Part shown: in pieces, positions 39,124 through 52,668 of the stretch
Position numbering within the stretch: the first letter of the stretch is position 1
Layout: each line of letters opens with the position of its first letter
Source of the DNA: an uncultured Alphaproteobacteria bacterium
Lineage (GTDB): Bacteria; Pseudomonadota; Alphaproteobacteria; Rhizobiales; Beijerinckiaceae
Direction: 5' to 3'
Assembly (NCBI GenBank): GCA_963699065.1
Contig: CAVOTE010000003.1
Coordinates: 598,597-662,596 of the forward strand
Length of the DNA: 64,000 nt
Notes under the pieces: model-generated
What the model was told of the DNA's origin: nothing
The model's input: the letters and a program-made list of their open reading frames with translations, nothing else
Databases searched by the model: none
Translations under genes and position numbers: made by a program

Positions 39124-40386
39124 TCAGTTCGCGCTGAGCTCGCCAGCCTGCCTCAGGTCCTTGTTGATGGCGGCCGACAGCCATTTGGCCACCGCCTGCG
39201 GATCTTCGTCCTTGAGCAGCGTCCGGCCAAGCGACTCGATCATGTCACGGGTGATCGCGCCCAGCGGAACAGGCGGGAACACGACGCCGGTCGGCGCGAG
39301 GGCGGTGAAGTCCTTGCCCCAGATGCTGTCGCCGACGACATCCGAACGCGGCGAATTGTTGGGATGAACGGCCGACTGGAACTGCTTGCCGTTCATGAAG
39401 GCGACGAAGTCCCATGTCTCCTTGGGATGCTTGCCAGCCTTGTAGACGTAGAAGGGGTTGATCTCGAAGAACGTCGCCGGCTTCGCCTTGTAGGGCGGCG
39501 CGACGATCGCGACATCCTTCATCGTCTCCGGATTTTGCGCCGCGCGCGAATCCATCCAGGCGCCGTCAATCACCATGGCGTATTGCCCGAGCGCGAAATT
39601 GGTGTCCTCCTCCTCCCAGCCCCAGCTGACGCCGTCGGGATTGATCGCGCCCTTGTCGAGCAGGCTCTTATAGAAGGCGAATACTTCCGTGGCCTTGGCG
39701 AGCTTGTCCTTGTCGTCGCCCCATGTGTTCTTGTATTTGCCGTCCGGCTGGCGATCGGCGATCGCAAGGCCGTTCTGGGCCAGGTACATGATCAGTTCCT
39801 GGGGCGATCGGACCCCGGTCCCTGCGATGCCGAAACCGAACTTCCCGGTCTTCTCCTTGATTGTTTGCGCGGCGGCGATCAGTTCGTCCCAGGTCTTCGG
39901 CGGTTCCGCGATTCCCGCGGCCTTCAGCATGTCCTTGTGAACGAGCAGCGCCCGAATGCCGAGGTAATGCGGCATGGCGAGCAGATGACCGTCGATTGTC
40001 AAACCAGCGAGAACGTTCGGATAGATGGCGCTTCGATCCGGCCAGGTCTTCGCGTCTTCGGTCAGATCGCGAAGCGCGCCCATCTTGTTCAGTTCGCCCA
40101 GCCATTCTGGTAAGCCCCAACTGAGGTCAGGCGCGTCGCCGCCGGCGAGCGCGGTCAGGAGCTTGTCGTGCAGCGCGTCATAGGTGATGTTCTGCGCGTC
40201 GATCTTGACGCCGGGGTGCGCCTCCTCGTAGCCGGCGATTTCCTTCTTCGCCGCGATTCCATCGGCCTGCTCCGGACTCCACGAGACCCAGAAGTGGAGC
40301 GTGACCGGATCCGCCGCTAGCGCCGGGCTGGCCAAGCCTACGATGGCGACCGCCACGGCCGCGAGCCCTCTATTCAATCGCAACAT
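39124..40386 (-). CDS. Sugar ABC transporter substrate-binding protein
   Basis: Signal peptide, GGDAPDL, PPKTWDEL, FALGQYAMVIDGAW. Confidence 0.9.
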   Translation of the reverse strand: MLRLNRGLAAVAVAIVGLASPALAADPVTLHFWVSWSPEQADGIAAKKEIAGYEEAHPGVKIDAQNITYDALHDKLLTALAGGDAPDLSWGLPEWLGELNKMGALRDLTEDAKTWPDRSAIYPNVLAGLTIDGHLLAMPHYLGIRALLVHKDMLKAAGIAEPPKTWDELIAAAQTIKEKTGKFGFGIAGTGVRSPQELIMYLAQNGLAIADRQPDGKYKNTWGDDKDKLAKATEVFAFYKSLLDKGAINPDGVSWGWEEEDTNFALGQYAMVIDGAWMDSRAAQNPETMKDVAIVAPPYKAKPATFFEINPFYVYKAGKHPKETWDFVAFMNGKQFQSAVHPNNSPRSDVVGDSIWGKDFTALAPTGVVFPPVPLGAITRDMIESLGRTLLKDEDPQAVAKWLSAAINKDLRQAGELSAN

Positions 40387-40446
40387 TGAACGTCCTCCTT
40401 GGGTATCTGTTGGCTCTGAGCCGCCTTCTCCGAGGCGGCTTCGATC

Positions 40447-41939
40447 TTACGCGGCTGCAGGATCTTCTGCGACCGATTTGCGCCGCTTGGACCGCTCCGC
40501 GCGCAACTCCTCGACCGAGCGGACGGGCCGTGTCGCGGCGCCCGTCCGCTCGGTCTTTCTCGGCGGCGCCTTGGCGAGCCGGTCTTTCGCCGCGGCGATC
40601 GCGTGCGCATATTGCGGCAGCCAAGCGGCCTGAGCGACCAGCATCTCGTCGACCATCTGCCAGACTTCGTCCGGGGTGCAGATCGCCCCGACCAGGGGAT
40701 CGTGAAGCACGGCGAGCTTGAGCAGGCCGACGTCGCCCTTGACCGCCGCTTCGACCGCCATGCGCTGAACATTGATCGAGGCCGTGCAGGTGGCGGCGCA
40801 AGCCAGCGGCAACGTCAGGTCGGCCACCATGTTGACGCCGAAACGGTCGACAAAGCCCGGCGACTCGACGATGGCGTCCGACGGGAGATTGGTGATGACG
40901 CCGCTGTTCTTGACGTTGAAGTGGCCGCGATAGACACGCCCGGTCTCGAGCGCCTCGATTATGTGGCTCGCGTGCTCGTCGGTGCGCTGGCGCGACGTCG
41001 ATCGGCTTCTTCGCAAGCCCGAGAAAGACCGGGAAGTCTGTCTCGAAATAATTCCGGGTTTCCGTGCAATAGCGAAGGTAGCCGCCGGTCTCCCCGTGGA
41101 TCCAGTCGGACATGTCGATCCAGCGGCCAATCTCCTCCGGCCGCTTGCGGTACCATGGCAAATACTCGGAAAGGTGGCCGTTGCTCTCGGTCGAGTAGAA
41201 CTCCGAACCGCTTTAGAACGTCGATCCGAACCTTCTCCTGCTGCGAGTAGACGGGATGGCGTTCGAAGGCGGCGAGAAGTTCGTCGCGCCCGATCGGGCG
41301 TCCGCGCAGCCGCACGTCGATGTACCAGGTCTGATGATTGATGCCGCTGCAAATGTATTCGACATCGTGCGGGTCCTCGGCCCCAAGCGCGTCGGCGATC
41401 TGCCGCCAGCCATGCTGTACGCCGTGGCAGAGCCCGATGGTCTCGACCTTGCCATAGTCTATCGCCGCCCAGGTATTCATCGCCATCGGATTGGCGTAGT
41501 TCAGGAACCGCGCGCCGGATTCGCAAACCTCGCGAATGTCCTTGCAGAAGTCGAGCACGACCGGGATCGACCTCTGCCCGTAGAGCACGCCGCCGGCGCA
41601 GATCGTGTCGCCGACGCATTGATCGACGCCGTATTGCAGCGGGATTCGAATGTCGTCGGCAAAAGCCGCAAGGCCCCCGACCCGCGAGCAATTGATGACA
41701 TAGCGGGCGCCCTCGATCGCGCGCCGACGGTCTGTCGTCGCCTCGATGCGGGTCGGCAGCTTGTTGACGTCGACAATCGTCTCGAGGATCTGCCGAACCA
41801 TGCCGAGGTTGCGTTCGTCGATGTCGGTCAGCGCGATGTCAATGTCCCGGAGTTCGGGAACGCAAAGCACATCGGTGACGAGCTTGCGGGTGAAGCCGAC
41901 GCTGCCCGCGCCGATGATCGCGATCTTCAGTCTCGACAT
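40447..41939 (-). CDS. melA: Family 4 glycoside hydrolase (alpha-galactosidase), frameshifted
   Basis: IAIIGAGSVGF, DQCVGDT, LNYANPMA, IGLCHG, GINHQTW, EHASHII, NVKNSGVITNLP, HDPL. Confidence 0.85.
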
Positions 41940-42069
41940 GGGAGCCTCGCGGGTTGATGCGACCGGCCCGGTCCGTTCGCCGGGCATTTCCAGGGAATGC
42001 TCGATACAGCTATTTTCGCTCATGACCTTGAGCGGTCCGACAGGCTATTATCCGCACCTGCGAGGCGGA

Positions 42070-42968
42070 TGAAAGAGGAGCCATGTGCTGTGGCGGGTAA
42101 TTTTGTGCTGACAACGATGCAGGCGCGCGGGCCCGGACGCGCAGCCATTTCGTTCGCGCGGAGCCGCGACCGGCTGCATGTGATGCCGACCAGCACCGGC
42201 TACGAGATCGCGACGGACTCCTCTTACCGATGGAATGGCCGCCATCGGGGTCGCACGCCGTTCTCGGTCCTCCAGTGCACGCTCTCGGGCGCCGGTCGCC
42301 TGCAATACGAGCGCCATGAGCGCACGGTCGGCGCGGGGGAAACGATGCTGGTCGTCGTCCCGCACGCGCACACATACTGGATCGAGGACGGCGAGCGATG
42401 GGAGTTCTTTTGGCTCGCCATGACCGGACAGGAGGCGCTGCGGCTCCATCGCGCGATCCTCGCCGTGGCGGGCCCGGTCTTTCGACTGCGGCCGGAGACG
42501 GTGGCCCGACTTGCGGAGATCAGCCTCGACCTTCGTGACGGCAAGGCGAAGCGGGCCTGCGAAGCCTCGGTGCTCGCCTATGAGGCGACCATGGCGCTCT
42601 ATGACGACGTCCTCGGCGGCGACGGCGGAGCCCAATCGACGCGCGGCCAGATCCGTCGTGTGCTCGGCTACATTCGCGCTCATCTCCATGAGCCGCTTGA
42701 AGTCCAGACCCTTGCCGACCTCGCCGGGCTGAGCCGCGCGCATTTCACCCGTGTCTTCTCCCATTCCGAAGGCGTGTCGCCGGCGGAACACGTCCTCAAC
42801 GAGCGGATGCGGCGCGCGGCGAGCCTTCTCGTCAGCGGAGGCGCCTCGGTCAAGCAGGTGTCGCGCGACTGTGGTTTCGTCGATCCGAACTATTTCGCGA
42901 AGGCGTTTCGCAAGAGCTTCGGCGCGAGCCCGACCGAGTTTCGCACCACCGGTATGTACGCGAGCTGA
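42070..42968 (+). CDS. AraC-family transcriptional regulator
   Basis: N-terminal cupin and double HTH (LSRAHFTRVF; CGFVDPNYFAKAFRKSFGASPTEFR); divergent from the GH4 operon. Confidence 0.92.
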
Positions 42969-43056
42969 GACGTTCCGTGCGGCCAGCCGCTCGACGCCGC
43001 AACTCGACTGTAAGACAGGATCTTCGGATCAACTCGCAATACGAAGGAGTGTCGTC

Positions 43057-43896
43057 ATGAAGCTCACTGGCCAGGTCGCGGTCGTAACCGGAGCGGGACG
43101 CGGTATCGGGCGGGCCATCGCCGAGGCGCAAGCCAGGGCAGACGCCAAGGTGGCGCTCATCGCGCGCACCGCGGCGGAGATCGAGGCCGCAGCCGCGGCG
43201 ATCGTCGCCGAGGGCGGCGTTGCGCGCGCCTACCCGGCCGACATCGTCGACCGGGACGCGGTCGACGCCGTGTTTGCCGCAATCGAGCGCGATCTCGGCC
43301 CGGTGAGTCTGCTCACCAACAATGCTGGCTCCTTCACCGCATTTGGCCCGATCTGGACAGTCGATCCTGAGGCCTGGTGGCGCGACATCGAGATCAATCT
43401 CCGTGGGACATTCCTTTGCTGCCGGACGGCAATTCCCCGCATGCTGGCGAACGGGCGCGGCCGCGTCGTCAATATGGTCGGCGGCGGAACGGGAACCTCG
43501 TTTCCGAACGGCTCAGGCTACGCCGCCAGCAAGGCCGGATTGCTGCGTTTCACCGAATGCGTCTCGGATACGCTGAACGATAGCGGCGTGCTGGCTTTCG
43601 CCATGGACCCGGGCCTGGTGCGAACCGCCATGACCGAGCTTCAACTCACAAGCGACGACGGGCGCCGGTATCTAACCGACATTCCCCGCCTCTTCGACGA
43701 AGGCGTGAACGTGTCGCCGACGCTCGCCGCCCGCCTCAGCGTCGAAATCGGCGCCGGCCGCTTCGACAAGCTTCGCGGACGCATGCTGATGGCGGCCCGC
43801 GGGGATCTCGACCTCGACGAGGCCGCCGTCGACGCGATCGTCGCGGACGACTTGCGCAGCCTGCGCGTCAATGTTGGCCGAGCGCCTACGGCCTGA
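43057..43896 (+). CDS. Short-chain dehydrogenase/reductase
   Basis: VTGAGRGIG, NNAG, YAASK, DPGLVRT; AAGGAG RBS. Confidence 0.9.
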   Translation: MKLTGQVAVVTGAGRGIGRAIAEAQARADAKVALIARTAAEIEAAAAAIVAEGGVARAYPADIVDRDAVDAVFAAIERDLGPVSLLTNNAGSFTAFGPIWTVDPEAWWRDIEINLRGTFLCCRTAIPRMLANGRGRVVNMVGGGTGTSFPNGSGYAASKAGLLRFTECVSDTLNDSGVLAFAMDPGLVRTAMTELQLTSDDGRRYLTDIPRLFDEGVNVSPTLAARLSVEIGAGRFDKLRGRMLMAARGDLDLDEAAVDAIVADDLRSLRVNVGRAPTA

Positions 43897-44045
43897 CGCT
43901 GAGATGTCTGCACACCTGTGGCCCAACGACGGCTGGCGGCGCCCCTTTGCCCTCCGGGAGCGAGCGGGAACGGAAGCCAAGGCCCACCTTTCGCGCGAGG
44001 GAAGAGTCGACGTTTAGCGCGTATCCGGTGGGGAGCTTGAACGCG

Positions 44046-47000
44046 TCATTTGGGCGGGGAAGCGGACCTATGGGTCTCGAGACCGATGCCAGAAAATCCG
44101 CCCGAAACGGATGTAGCTATCGATCGATTTTTTAATGCATCTTGAATCGCGTCGGCTGTTTGAACTGCCAGGGGGTCCTTCACAACCTCCATGTGGTTGC
44201 CCTTCAAGGAGTGAATGTGAAGACCGCCCAGGGCAATGCTTCGCCAACCGAGATCAAGTTGAGGAGGGGATTCCCGAGTGATATAAATAATCGGCAACGT
44301 CGCCTTGAATAGGTGAATTTCGCCGGGATATGGTCTTGTGCGGTATTGGGCCCGCAAATGAGGTAGATTGTCGCCTAGGACATCGACGGCGCCGCCGAGA
44401 CTTCTCATTTTTGCGGAAAATGCCCGCTATTGGCTTGCATAGCTCTGATGGCGGCAAAACTGCTAGATGCTTCAAAATTTTCCACGCTGACAGCCGGGGC
44501 GGTATGTCTTTCGTAGTGTCGAGCAAACCGAGAAATGCGGGCGTCTCGCCGCACTCGCAAAGTTGCTGAGCCATTTCGAACGCAATGAGACCTCCTATCG
44601 AGTGACCGACGAGACGGTAAGGGCCGCGGGGCTGCACGGAACGCATTTCCGCGACATAGTGCTCCGCAAGCTCTTCTATCGTCCTCGGACATTCTGCGGA
44701 TTTGGGTCCACCGGCGGCGGCGATTCCGAACGAGAGGCCGTAAACAGGCAGTCGCCGTCCAAGGCCAATCGCCAGATCCCGCTCGATGATATGGACCATA
44801 AAAATTGGCGTTCCCGGTTGTCGCGCGTCTAGCGGCACCGCTGAAAATTGTTTGCTCGCGCCACTGCTGCGTTCCAGGCTCAGCGCTAACTCCGCGATCG
44901 TCGGGGAATGATAGAGCGCGCTCAACACAAGCTTCTTGTTGAGGCTTTTTGCAATCCTCGCGAGAAGCCGAAGGCCAAGCAGCGAGTGGCCCCCAAGATC
45001 GAAGAAGTTATCGTCCCGGCCGACCCGATCGAGCCCCAGCACGTCCGCCCAGATTTGCGCCAATGTCTCCTCCGTCTCCCCTTGGGGTGGGACGTAGTGC
45101 GCTGCGTAGGCGCCCCGTTCCGGCGCTGGCAGCGCCTTGCGGTCGAGTTTGCCGCTGGACGTTAACGGCATAGCCTCAACCCGAATGTAGGCCGCAGGAA
45201 CCATGTGGTCCGGCAAGCCCGCCGAAAGATGGGCGCGCAAAGCTTCGACAGTCGGCGGCGGAGTGTCCCTCCGCGTAACGTAATATGCGACGAGCCGCCT
45301 ATCGCCCGGCGCGTCTTCTCGCGCCAGAACGACCGCCTGGCGCACCGCCGGATGCGTCGAAAGTCGCGCTTCGCAATCTCCGAGCTCGACCCGGAAACCG
45401 CGGATCTTCACCTGAAAGTCGCTGCGGCCGAGAAAGACAATGTCGCCGTTAGGCAGATACCTGGCAAGGTCGCCGGTCATGAATAGCCGGTCTCCCGGAA
45501 TGAACCGGCTCGGAACGAACCTTTCCGCCGTCAAATCCGGGCGGCTCAGATAGCCCCGGCCGACTTGGACGCCCCCGATGGCAATCTCACCGATTGCCCC
45601 GGTCGGCGCCGGCTCCCCGTATCGATCCAAAATGTAAATCCGAGTATTCGAAATCGGGCGACCAATCGGGATTTCCGCTGTCAATGACCCCGCGACCACG
45701 GTCTTGGCCGTGACGTCGACGGCGGTCTCAGTCGGTCCGTATTGATTGTGCAGCCGCGTCTCAGGAAGCTGTTTGAAAAACAAGCTCGCAAGATCCGGCG
45801 CAAGAGCCTCGCCGCCCGACATGACGCGCCTGAGGCTCGTGCATTCTGCGGCTTCGCCCTGTTCCAGGAAAGCTCTCAACATCGAGGGAACGAAATGGAG
45901 GGTCGTGACGGCTTCGCGAATTACGATTTCGCGAAGATAGCTCGGGTCCTTGTGCCCCCCCGGCTGAGCCAGCACGAGCCGCGCGCCCACGGAAATGGGC
46001 CAGAAGAGCTCCCAGACAGACACATCGAAACTAAAAGGCGCCGTCTGGAGCAAGGCGTCCCGATGGTTGAGCCCATATCTGTTCTGCATCCACCAAAGCA
46101 GGTTGACGACCGCCCCGTGCTCGGTCATCACCCCTTTCGGCCTGCCGGTGGATCCTGAGGTAAAGATGATGTAAGCGAGAACTCCTCGACGTCAGTCCGA
46201 TTGAGACTGGAGCGATGTCAGCCGCGTCGTTGGCGGCCAAACTGGCCGCCTCTGCATCGAGGTCGATCGTGGACGGCGTCTGCGTTGTCGATCTAAGGAC
46301 TTTCGCAAGCGTTGTTTTCGCGTGCCCATGAGTCAAAACGGCGATCGGTGCGCTGTCCTCGAGCATTCCGGCGAGCCGCTCGATAGGATAGTCCGGATCG
46401 AGCGGCACGTAGGCGCAGCCCGCCTTGAGGACCCCAAGCAGCGCCACGACCATCTCGAGGCTACGCTCGAGACAAATCGCGACGCGTTCATCGGGCTTGA
46501 CGTCGAGGCTCAGCAAATGGCGGGCGAGTTGATTGCCTCTGACGTTGAGTTCGGCATAGGTGAGGCGCTTGTCTCCGCACGCGACCGCGATCGCGCCGGG
46601 CGTCTTCGCCGCCTGCGCCTCAAAAAGCTGGTGCACGCATTTTTCGCGCGGATAGTCCGCCTCCGTTGCGTTCCACTCAATGATGAGCCGATGGCGCTCG
46701 GCCTCGCTTAGGATCGGCAGCTGGTTGACCGGGCGCGCGTCGTCCGCGACCAGGCCTTCAAGCAGGAGGCGCAGATAGCCGACATGACGCTCGACCGTCT
46801 CCGGGCCTAACAATGCGGTTGCGTACTCCAGCTTCCCGACGATGCGGTCTCCGGTCTCGGACAGGTTTAGCGTCAGGTCAACTCCGGCGGCGAAATTGTT
46901 GAGCCCTTTCCATTCCTTTCGATCAAGGCTCAGGTCCCCGTCGTTCCGCCAGGCGAACAACGCTTGGAATGCCGGCGATGGGCCCGGGGCGTGAGGCTCT

Positions 47001-47413
47001 TGACCCTCCAGAGCCCTTTCCTTGACCTGCTGAAGAAGCTCCGCCCCGGATGGTTCTCCGGAGAGGTCAATCCAAATCGTCTCCGCGTAGACGCCGCTGA
47101 GCGGCGCCCATGGGCCGACGCCGGGAGGGCCTGCTGCGACCGCGCCGACAGTGAGGGCTTCCTGGCCCGAGAGCCGCGACAGGACCGCCCCCCAGCCGGT
47201 CAAAATAGTCACGAAAAGGCTCGTGGCGTGCCGCCGGCTCAAAGCCTTGAGCGCCGCCGTGAGCCTTTGATCGAAATCCACGACGACGGTCGCGACCGCA
47301 GCTGCGTATCGATCAGTCGGCCGGCTGCGCAGAGCAGCACCCTTCAAACAGAGGCTTTTCTCCACAGCAAAATGGTCCCCCCGTCGGCGATTGCGGTCCA
47401 GTGCGTTGCCCAT
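44046..47413 (-). CDS. Single-module NRPS (truncated C - A - PCP - TE), frameshifted, possibly pseudogene
   Basis: LTYAEL, YVPLDP, FTSGSTGRPKG, FSFDVSVWE, YGPTE, TGDL, QVKIRGFRVE; PCP FFDLGGHSL; TE GHSIGG...GNH. Confidence 0.85.
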
Positions 47414-48061
47414 TTGGCCACCTAAATATTACCGTCCGATTTTAGGTAAACGGAGATAAACAAATCCGCCTAATGGTTGCCTTTGTCAACATCGTCGTCG
47501 CCCCAGCAGGAGCGAGAAGTTGAACTTGGTTGCCGAGCGGGGATCTGAACCTGGAAATTTCCGCCTCCGGCGCGAACAGGCGGTTAGACTTTTTTTCGCG
47601 CAGGCCTTCTGCCGTCAGGTACCGAACTAGGAACGGCCTGTCTGGACGGCGCCCCGAGGTCAAGGGTTTGGTTGCGGCTTTGCGAACGGTTCGGGTCCGG
47701 TCATGTCTTCGGCCTGTTGGCGCGGGAAATGTGTATCCCGCTGGCCCTGATGCTGGTCCGCATAGCTCTTCGCCCAATCAGCAAAACGCGCTCTTTATGG
47801 CGCTGCCGTTCCCACGGGCTTCCAAGCCGTATCCGTTGGTTCACAAGGCGTCGGCGTATTTTGATGCCCAGGCGGAGTTCGACCGCCGGTTCAAGCCATG
47901 ATCGCCTTCAGCGATCGCGGCAGCGGGGGCCAGCCGGCGTTGTTGACAGCAAGGCGGGGGCGATTGCCGGCTGTCCGCATCGCTGTTAGCGCCGCTGTAC
48001 GCGCTTAACCAAGCGTGCGGACTTTCAAGGGGTCAGCCGACGGCGCGTCGGCCGGGAATCC

Positions 48062-48136
48062 TGGCTGGGGCGGGAGGATTCGAACCTCCGCATGGCGGAA
48101 TCAAAATCCGCTGCCTTACCGCTTGGCGACGCCCCA
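48062..48136 (-). tRNA. tRNA-Gln (anticodon TTG)
   Basis: TGGGGCGTCGCCAAGCGGTAAGGCAGCGGATTTTGATTCCGCCATGCGGAGGTTCGAATCCTCCCGCCCCAGCCA: cloverleaf, T-loop GTTCGAATC, encoded CCA. Confidence 0.97.
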
Positions 48137-48497
48137 ATCCGCCGCCGATCCTCGAACGGTCCGGCGGAAAGCGCGGCGGACAATAGTTGTGAGGCCCGCG
48201 CGCCGCAATGGCCCCGAGGGCTGTTTTCGGCCGCAGCCCGCAGTTTTGATCTGGCCTCCGCGTAATTCCATCGGCGCTCCCTCGTGCGCGGCCGTCTCTG
48301 CGAAGCGATCAGCAAGCCGGGGAAGGGTCCGCCGGTGATTTGACAATGCGTTACCGGAGTGGGCTGGACGGGTAGGGGCTCGGGTACCAAAATTAGTGTT
48401 AAAAGTCAATATCTTAAGAGAATGCGGCAACAATGTCTTTGTGTAAAACAGAATCTGTGTATGATACTCTTGTGATCCGCAGATGAGAGGAAGGTCG

Positions 48498-48989
48498 ATG
48501 TCGGAAACCCAGGATGAGCCCGGCTGGCGGGCGAAGCGGAGCGGGGCGGCGAAGGCGCGGCGCGAGCAGAGCGCCGCTCTCCGCCAGACTTACTTTGACG
48601 CGCTCGCCGCCGGTTGGTCGATCGAGCAGATCGCGGAACTCCAAAAGGTCAGCCCGCGGACGGTCCGGCGCGAGGTCGACCGCGCGCTCGAGGAGCGCCG
48701 GTTGGATGCGCCGCAACGCTACGCGCGCTTGCAGGTCGCCCGGCTCACCAAGGCCCTCCGCCTCGCCGACGCGTCGATCGACCAGGGCGAACTCAGGGCG
48801 ATCGGTCCGCTGGTGAAGGTCGTCCGGGCGCTCGATCGCTATCACGGCCTCGCGGACACGTCGCACGCGGCCCTTCCGGGCCCGAAGGCCGCCGCGCCCT
48901 CGCTGCCCGCGCCGCCGCTGCAACTGACCCATGCCGACCCGCCGCTCTTGGGGCAGGAGGCGCTGCAGGAGGGGGAACCTGTGGCGTGA
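48498..48989 (+). CDS. Hypothetical helix-turn-helix protein
   Basis: AAGWSIEQIAELQKVSPRTVRREV is HTH-like. Confidence 0.6.
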   Translation: MSETQDEPGWRAKRSGAAKARREQSAALRQTYFDALAAGWSIEQIAELQKVSPRTVRREVDRALEERRLDAPQRYARLQVARLTKALRLADASIDQGELRAIGPLVKVVRALDRYHGLADTSHAALPGPKAAAPSLPAPPLQLTHADPPLLGQEALQEGEPVA

Positions 48990-49322
48990 GGCCAGCGGGA
49001 TGCGAAAAACTGGATGCCCGCTTTTCGCGAAAATTCCGCGTTTTCAACAACTCCGGAGCGAGATGCGATTCGACGGGATCGCACCTTGCTCCAGGTCCGC
49101 ACCAGATGTCGCCCGCTGTCATCTCCGCGAGAGCGCGGATCCAGAAGCGCCGGTCGGACAAGAGTTCAGGCTTGCGGCGCGGCACAGCCCCCTTTGAGCG
49201 CCGCGGCGCTGGATGTCCGCTTTCCCGCGGGCATGACCCGCGGCGGAATTTATTTTATGACCTTGATCCTGTGTAAGCTATTGAAAAGATTGAAAACCGC
49301 AAGGGGTGCGCGCTTGTATCGA

Positions 49323-49361
49323 GTTGGCATGGATTTGGGCTTTTGTTGGCATGGACTTGGG
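49323..49361. repeat. 17-bp direct repeat, 22-bp period
   Basis: GTTGGCATGGATTTGGG (49323) and GTTGGCATGGACTTGGG (49345). Confidence 0.7.
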
Positions 49362-49530
49362 TTCGGAGCCACTCCGGCTTGGGGCGCCGACGCCGGTCGC
49401 TTCGTCGGTTCGGGCCGGCCCGCGACCGCGGACCTTCCAGACGAAGGCGCCCGCCGCTTGCGAATTTGTGACAGTTTTGTGCGCTTAAGGCTTTGAAATC
49501 ATGCGCGCTCTGCCAGCCCTTCAGTTCGCC

Positions 49531-50476
49531 CTAAAAGAGCGCGGCGAAGGCCGCGAGATCGGCGTTGGCGCCGCAGACGAGGACGCCGACGCGTTCGTCT
49601 TTCCCGGGACGGTAGGCGCCGGAAAGGAGGGCGGCGAAGGCGGCGGCGCCTCCCGGTTCGGCGACGATCGCGACCTCGCGCCAGAGCCGGCGCTGCGCCT
49701 CGACGATGGCGTCGTCGGGGACCAGAACCGACTGGCCCACGAACCGCCTGGCGATGGCGAAGTTGAGATCGCCGACGCGTCTCGCGCCAAGCGAATCGGC
49801 GGCGACCGATTTCACCGGCACGTCGACCGGCGCCCCGGCTTCGAGCGCGGCGTTGAGCGCCCGCGAGCCTTCGGGCTCGACCGCGACGACTTTGACATGG
49901 GTCTCGAACCAGGCGGCGACACCGGAGATCAGCCCGCCGCCGCCAACCGCGACAAGGACGGTGTCGAGCTCGGCGCTGGCCGAGGCGCTCGAGGTCCTCC
50001 TCCCATTCGAGGGCGACGGTTCCCGCGCCGGCGACGGTCGGTGCGGCGTCGTAGGGGTGGATCTTGAGCGCGCCGGTCGCGGCGACGAAGACGTCGCAGC
50101 GCTCCTGCGCCTCGGCGTAGGTCGCGCCGCCGATGGTGACGTCCGCCCCGCAGGCGCGGATGCGCGCCACTTTGGCGGGCGTCGAGATTTCCGGCACGAA
50201 CACCGTGGCGCGGACCCCGAGCCGCTCAGCGGCATAGGCGACCGCCGCGCCGTGATTGCCGCCGGAAGCGGTGGCGCAGCCCTCGGCGGGCGCCGGCCGG
50301 GTCAGGAGATTATGGAACGCGCCGCGCGCCTTGAACGAGCCCGAGTGCTGGAGGGCTTCGAGCTTCAGCGAAAGGGGCGGGGCGCCGGCGATCGGGGAGG
50401 AGATCTCGAGGAGCGGCGTGCGCCGGACGTGAGCCGCGATGCGCCGGTAGGCGGCGCGGATCGCGTCCGGCGTCAC
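49531..50476 (-). CDS. PLP-dependent threonine/serine dehydratase, frameshifted
   Basis: LKLEALQHSGSFKARG, SGGNHG, VAVGGGGL, EPGGAAA, CGAN. Confidence 0.9.
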
Positions 50477-50737
50477 CGGCCCGGCGGCAGGGCGTTCCGT
50501 GCTTTTGGAGTCTCGAGGTCACGTCGCAAGCTTTCTCGGCAGGCCCGCCCGGACCAGCGCGTAGGCTTGCGCGACGCGATCCGCAAGCTCGCTGTCGGCC
50601 GAGCGCGCGAACTTTGCGCCCGCGCCGGCGCTTTCCGACCGGCGCGAGGGCTCCGGCTCTCCGCTTGCGCGGGTTATGACAGAGAGGGTCGCGGGCGCCG
50701 GACAGGCCCTACCGGCTCGATACCGGTCGGTCGATTG

Positions 50738-51139
50738 TCAGCCGAGCTTCATCGAGTTCTTCAGCTCGCGCAGGCGATCGAGCTTCTCCTGCGCCGCCTG
50801 CTTCTGGTCCTCGGCCGCGTCGGCGAGGTCCTCTTCCGCGTTCTTGATCTCCTGGTCGAGATGCGCGGCGTTGAGGTCCTCGAACGGGATCGCGGTCTCG
50901 GCGAGGATCGTCAGGCCGAGCGGATTGACGTCGGCGAAGCCGCCGCGCACGAAGACGCGCAGGTGCTTGCCGTTCGCGCCGTCGATGCCGACGACCCCGG
51001 GACGGATCGCGGCCATGGTCGGCGCATGGTCGGCAAGGACCTGGAAGTCGCCCTCGTATCCCGGCACGACCACCGCGTTCGCCGGGCCGCTGAACAGGAC
51101 CTTGTCCGGCGAGACGAGTTCAAAGGGAAAGTGCGCCAT
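50738..51139 (-). CDS. atpC: F1 ATP synthase epsilon subunit
   Basis: [27 protein letters not shown]; follows atpD. Confidence 0.95.
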   Translation of the reverse strand: MAHFPFELVSPDKVLFSGPANAVVVPGYEGDFQVLADHAPTMAAIRPGVVGIDGANGKHLRVFVRGGFADVNPLGLTILAETAIPFEDLNAAHLDQEIKNAEEDLADAAEDQKQAAQEKLDRLRELKNSMKLG

Positions 51140-51167
51140 GGGATGAAGCCTCGGCTTCCTGTCCGCC

Positions 51168-52615
<1,448 letters not shown>

Positions 52616-52668
52616 GTTGACGTCCTCGTTCTTCAATCTCAAGGTCGCGGCGAGGCGACGGGGTTGGG

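Noticed and set aside
37291-43896. GH4/ABC/AraC cluster as a novel system
   Set aside because: It fits known rhizobial alpha-galactoside utilisation loci. The missing ATPase is commonly supplied in trans.
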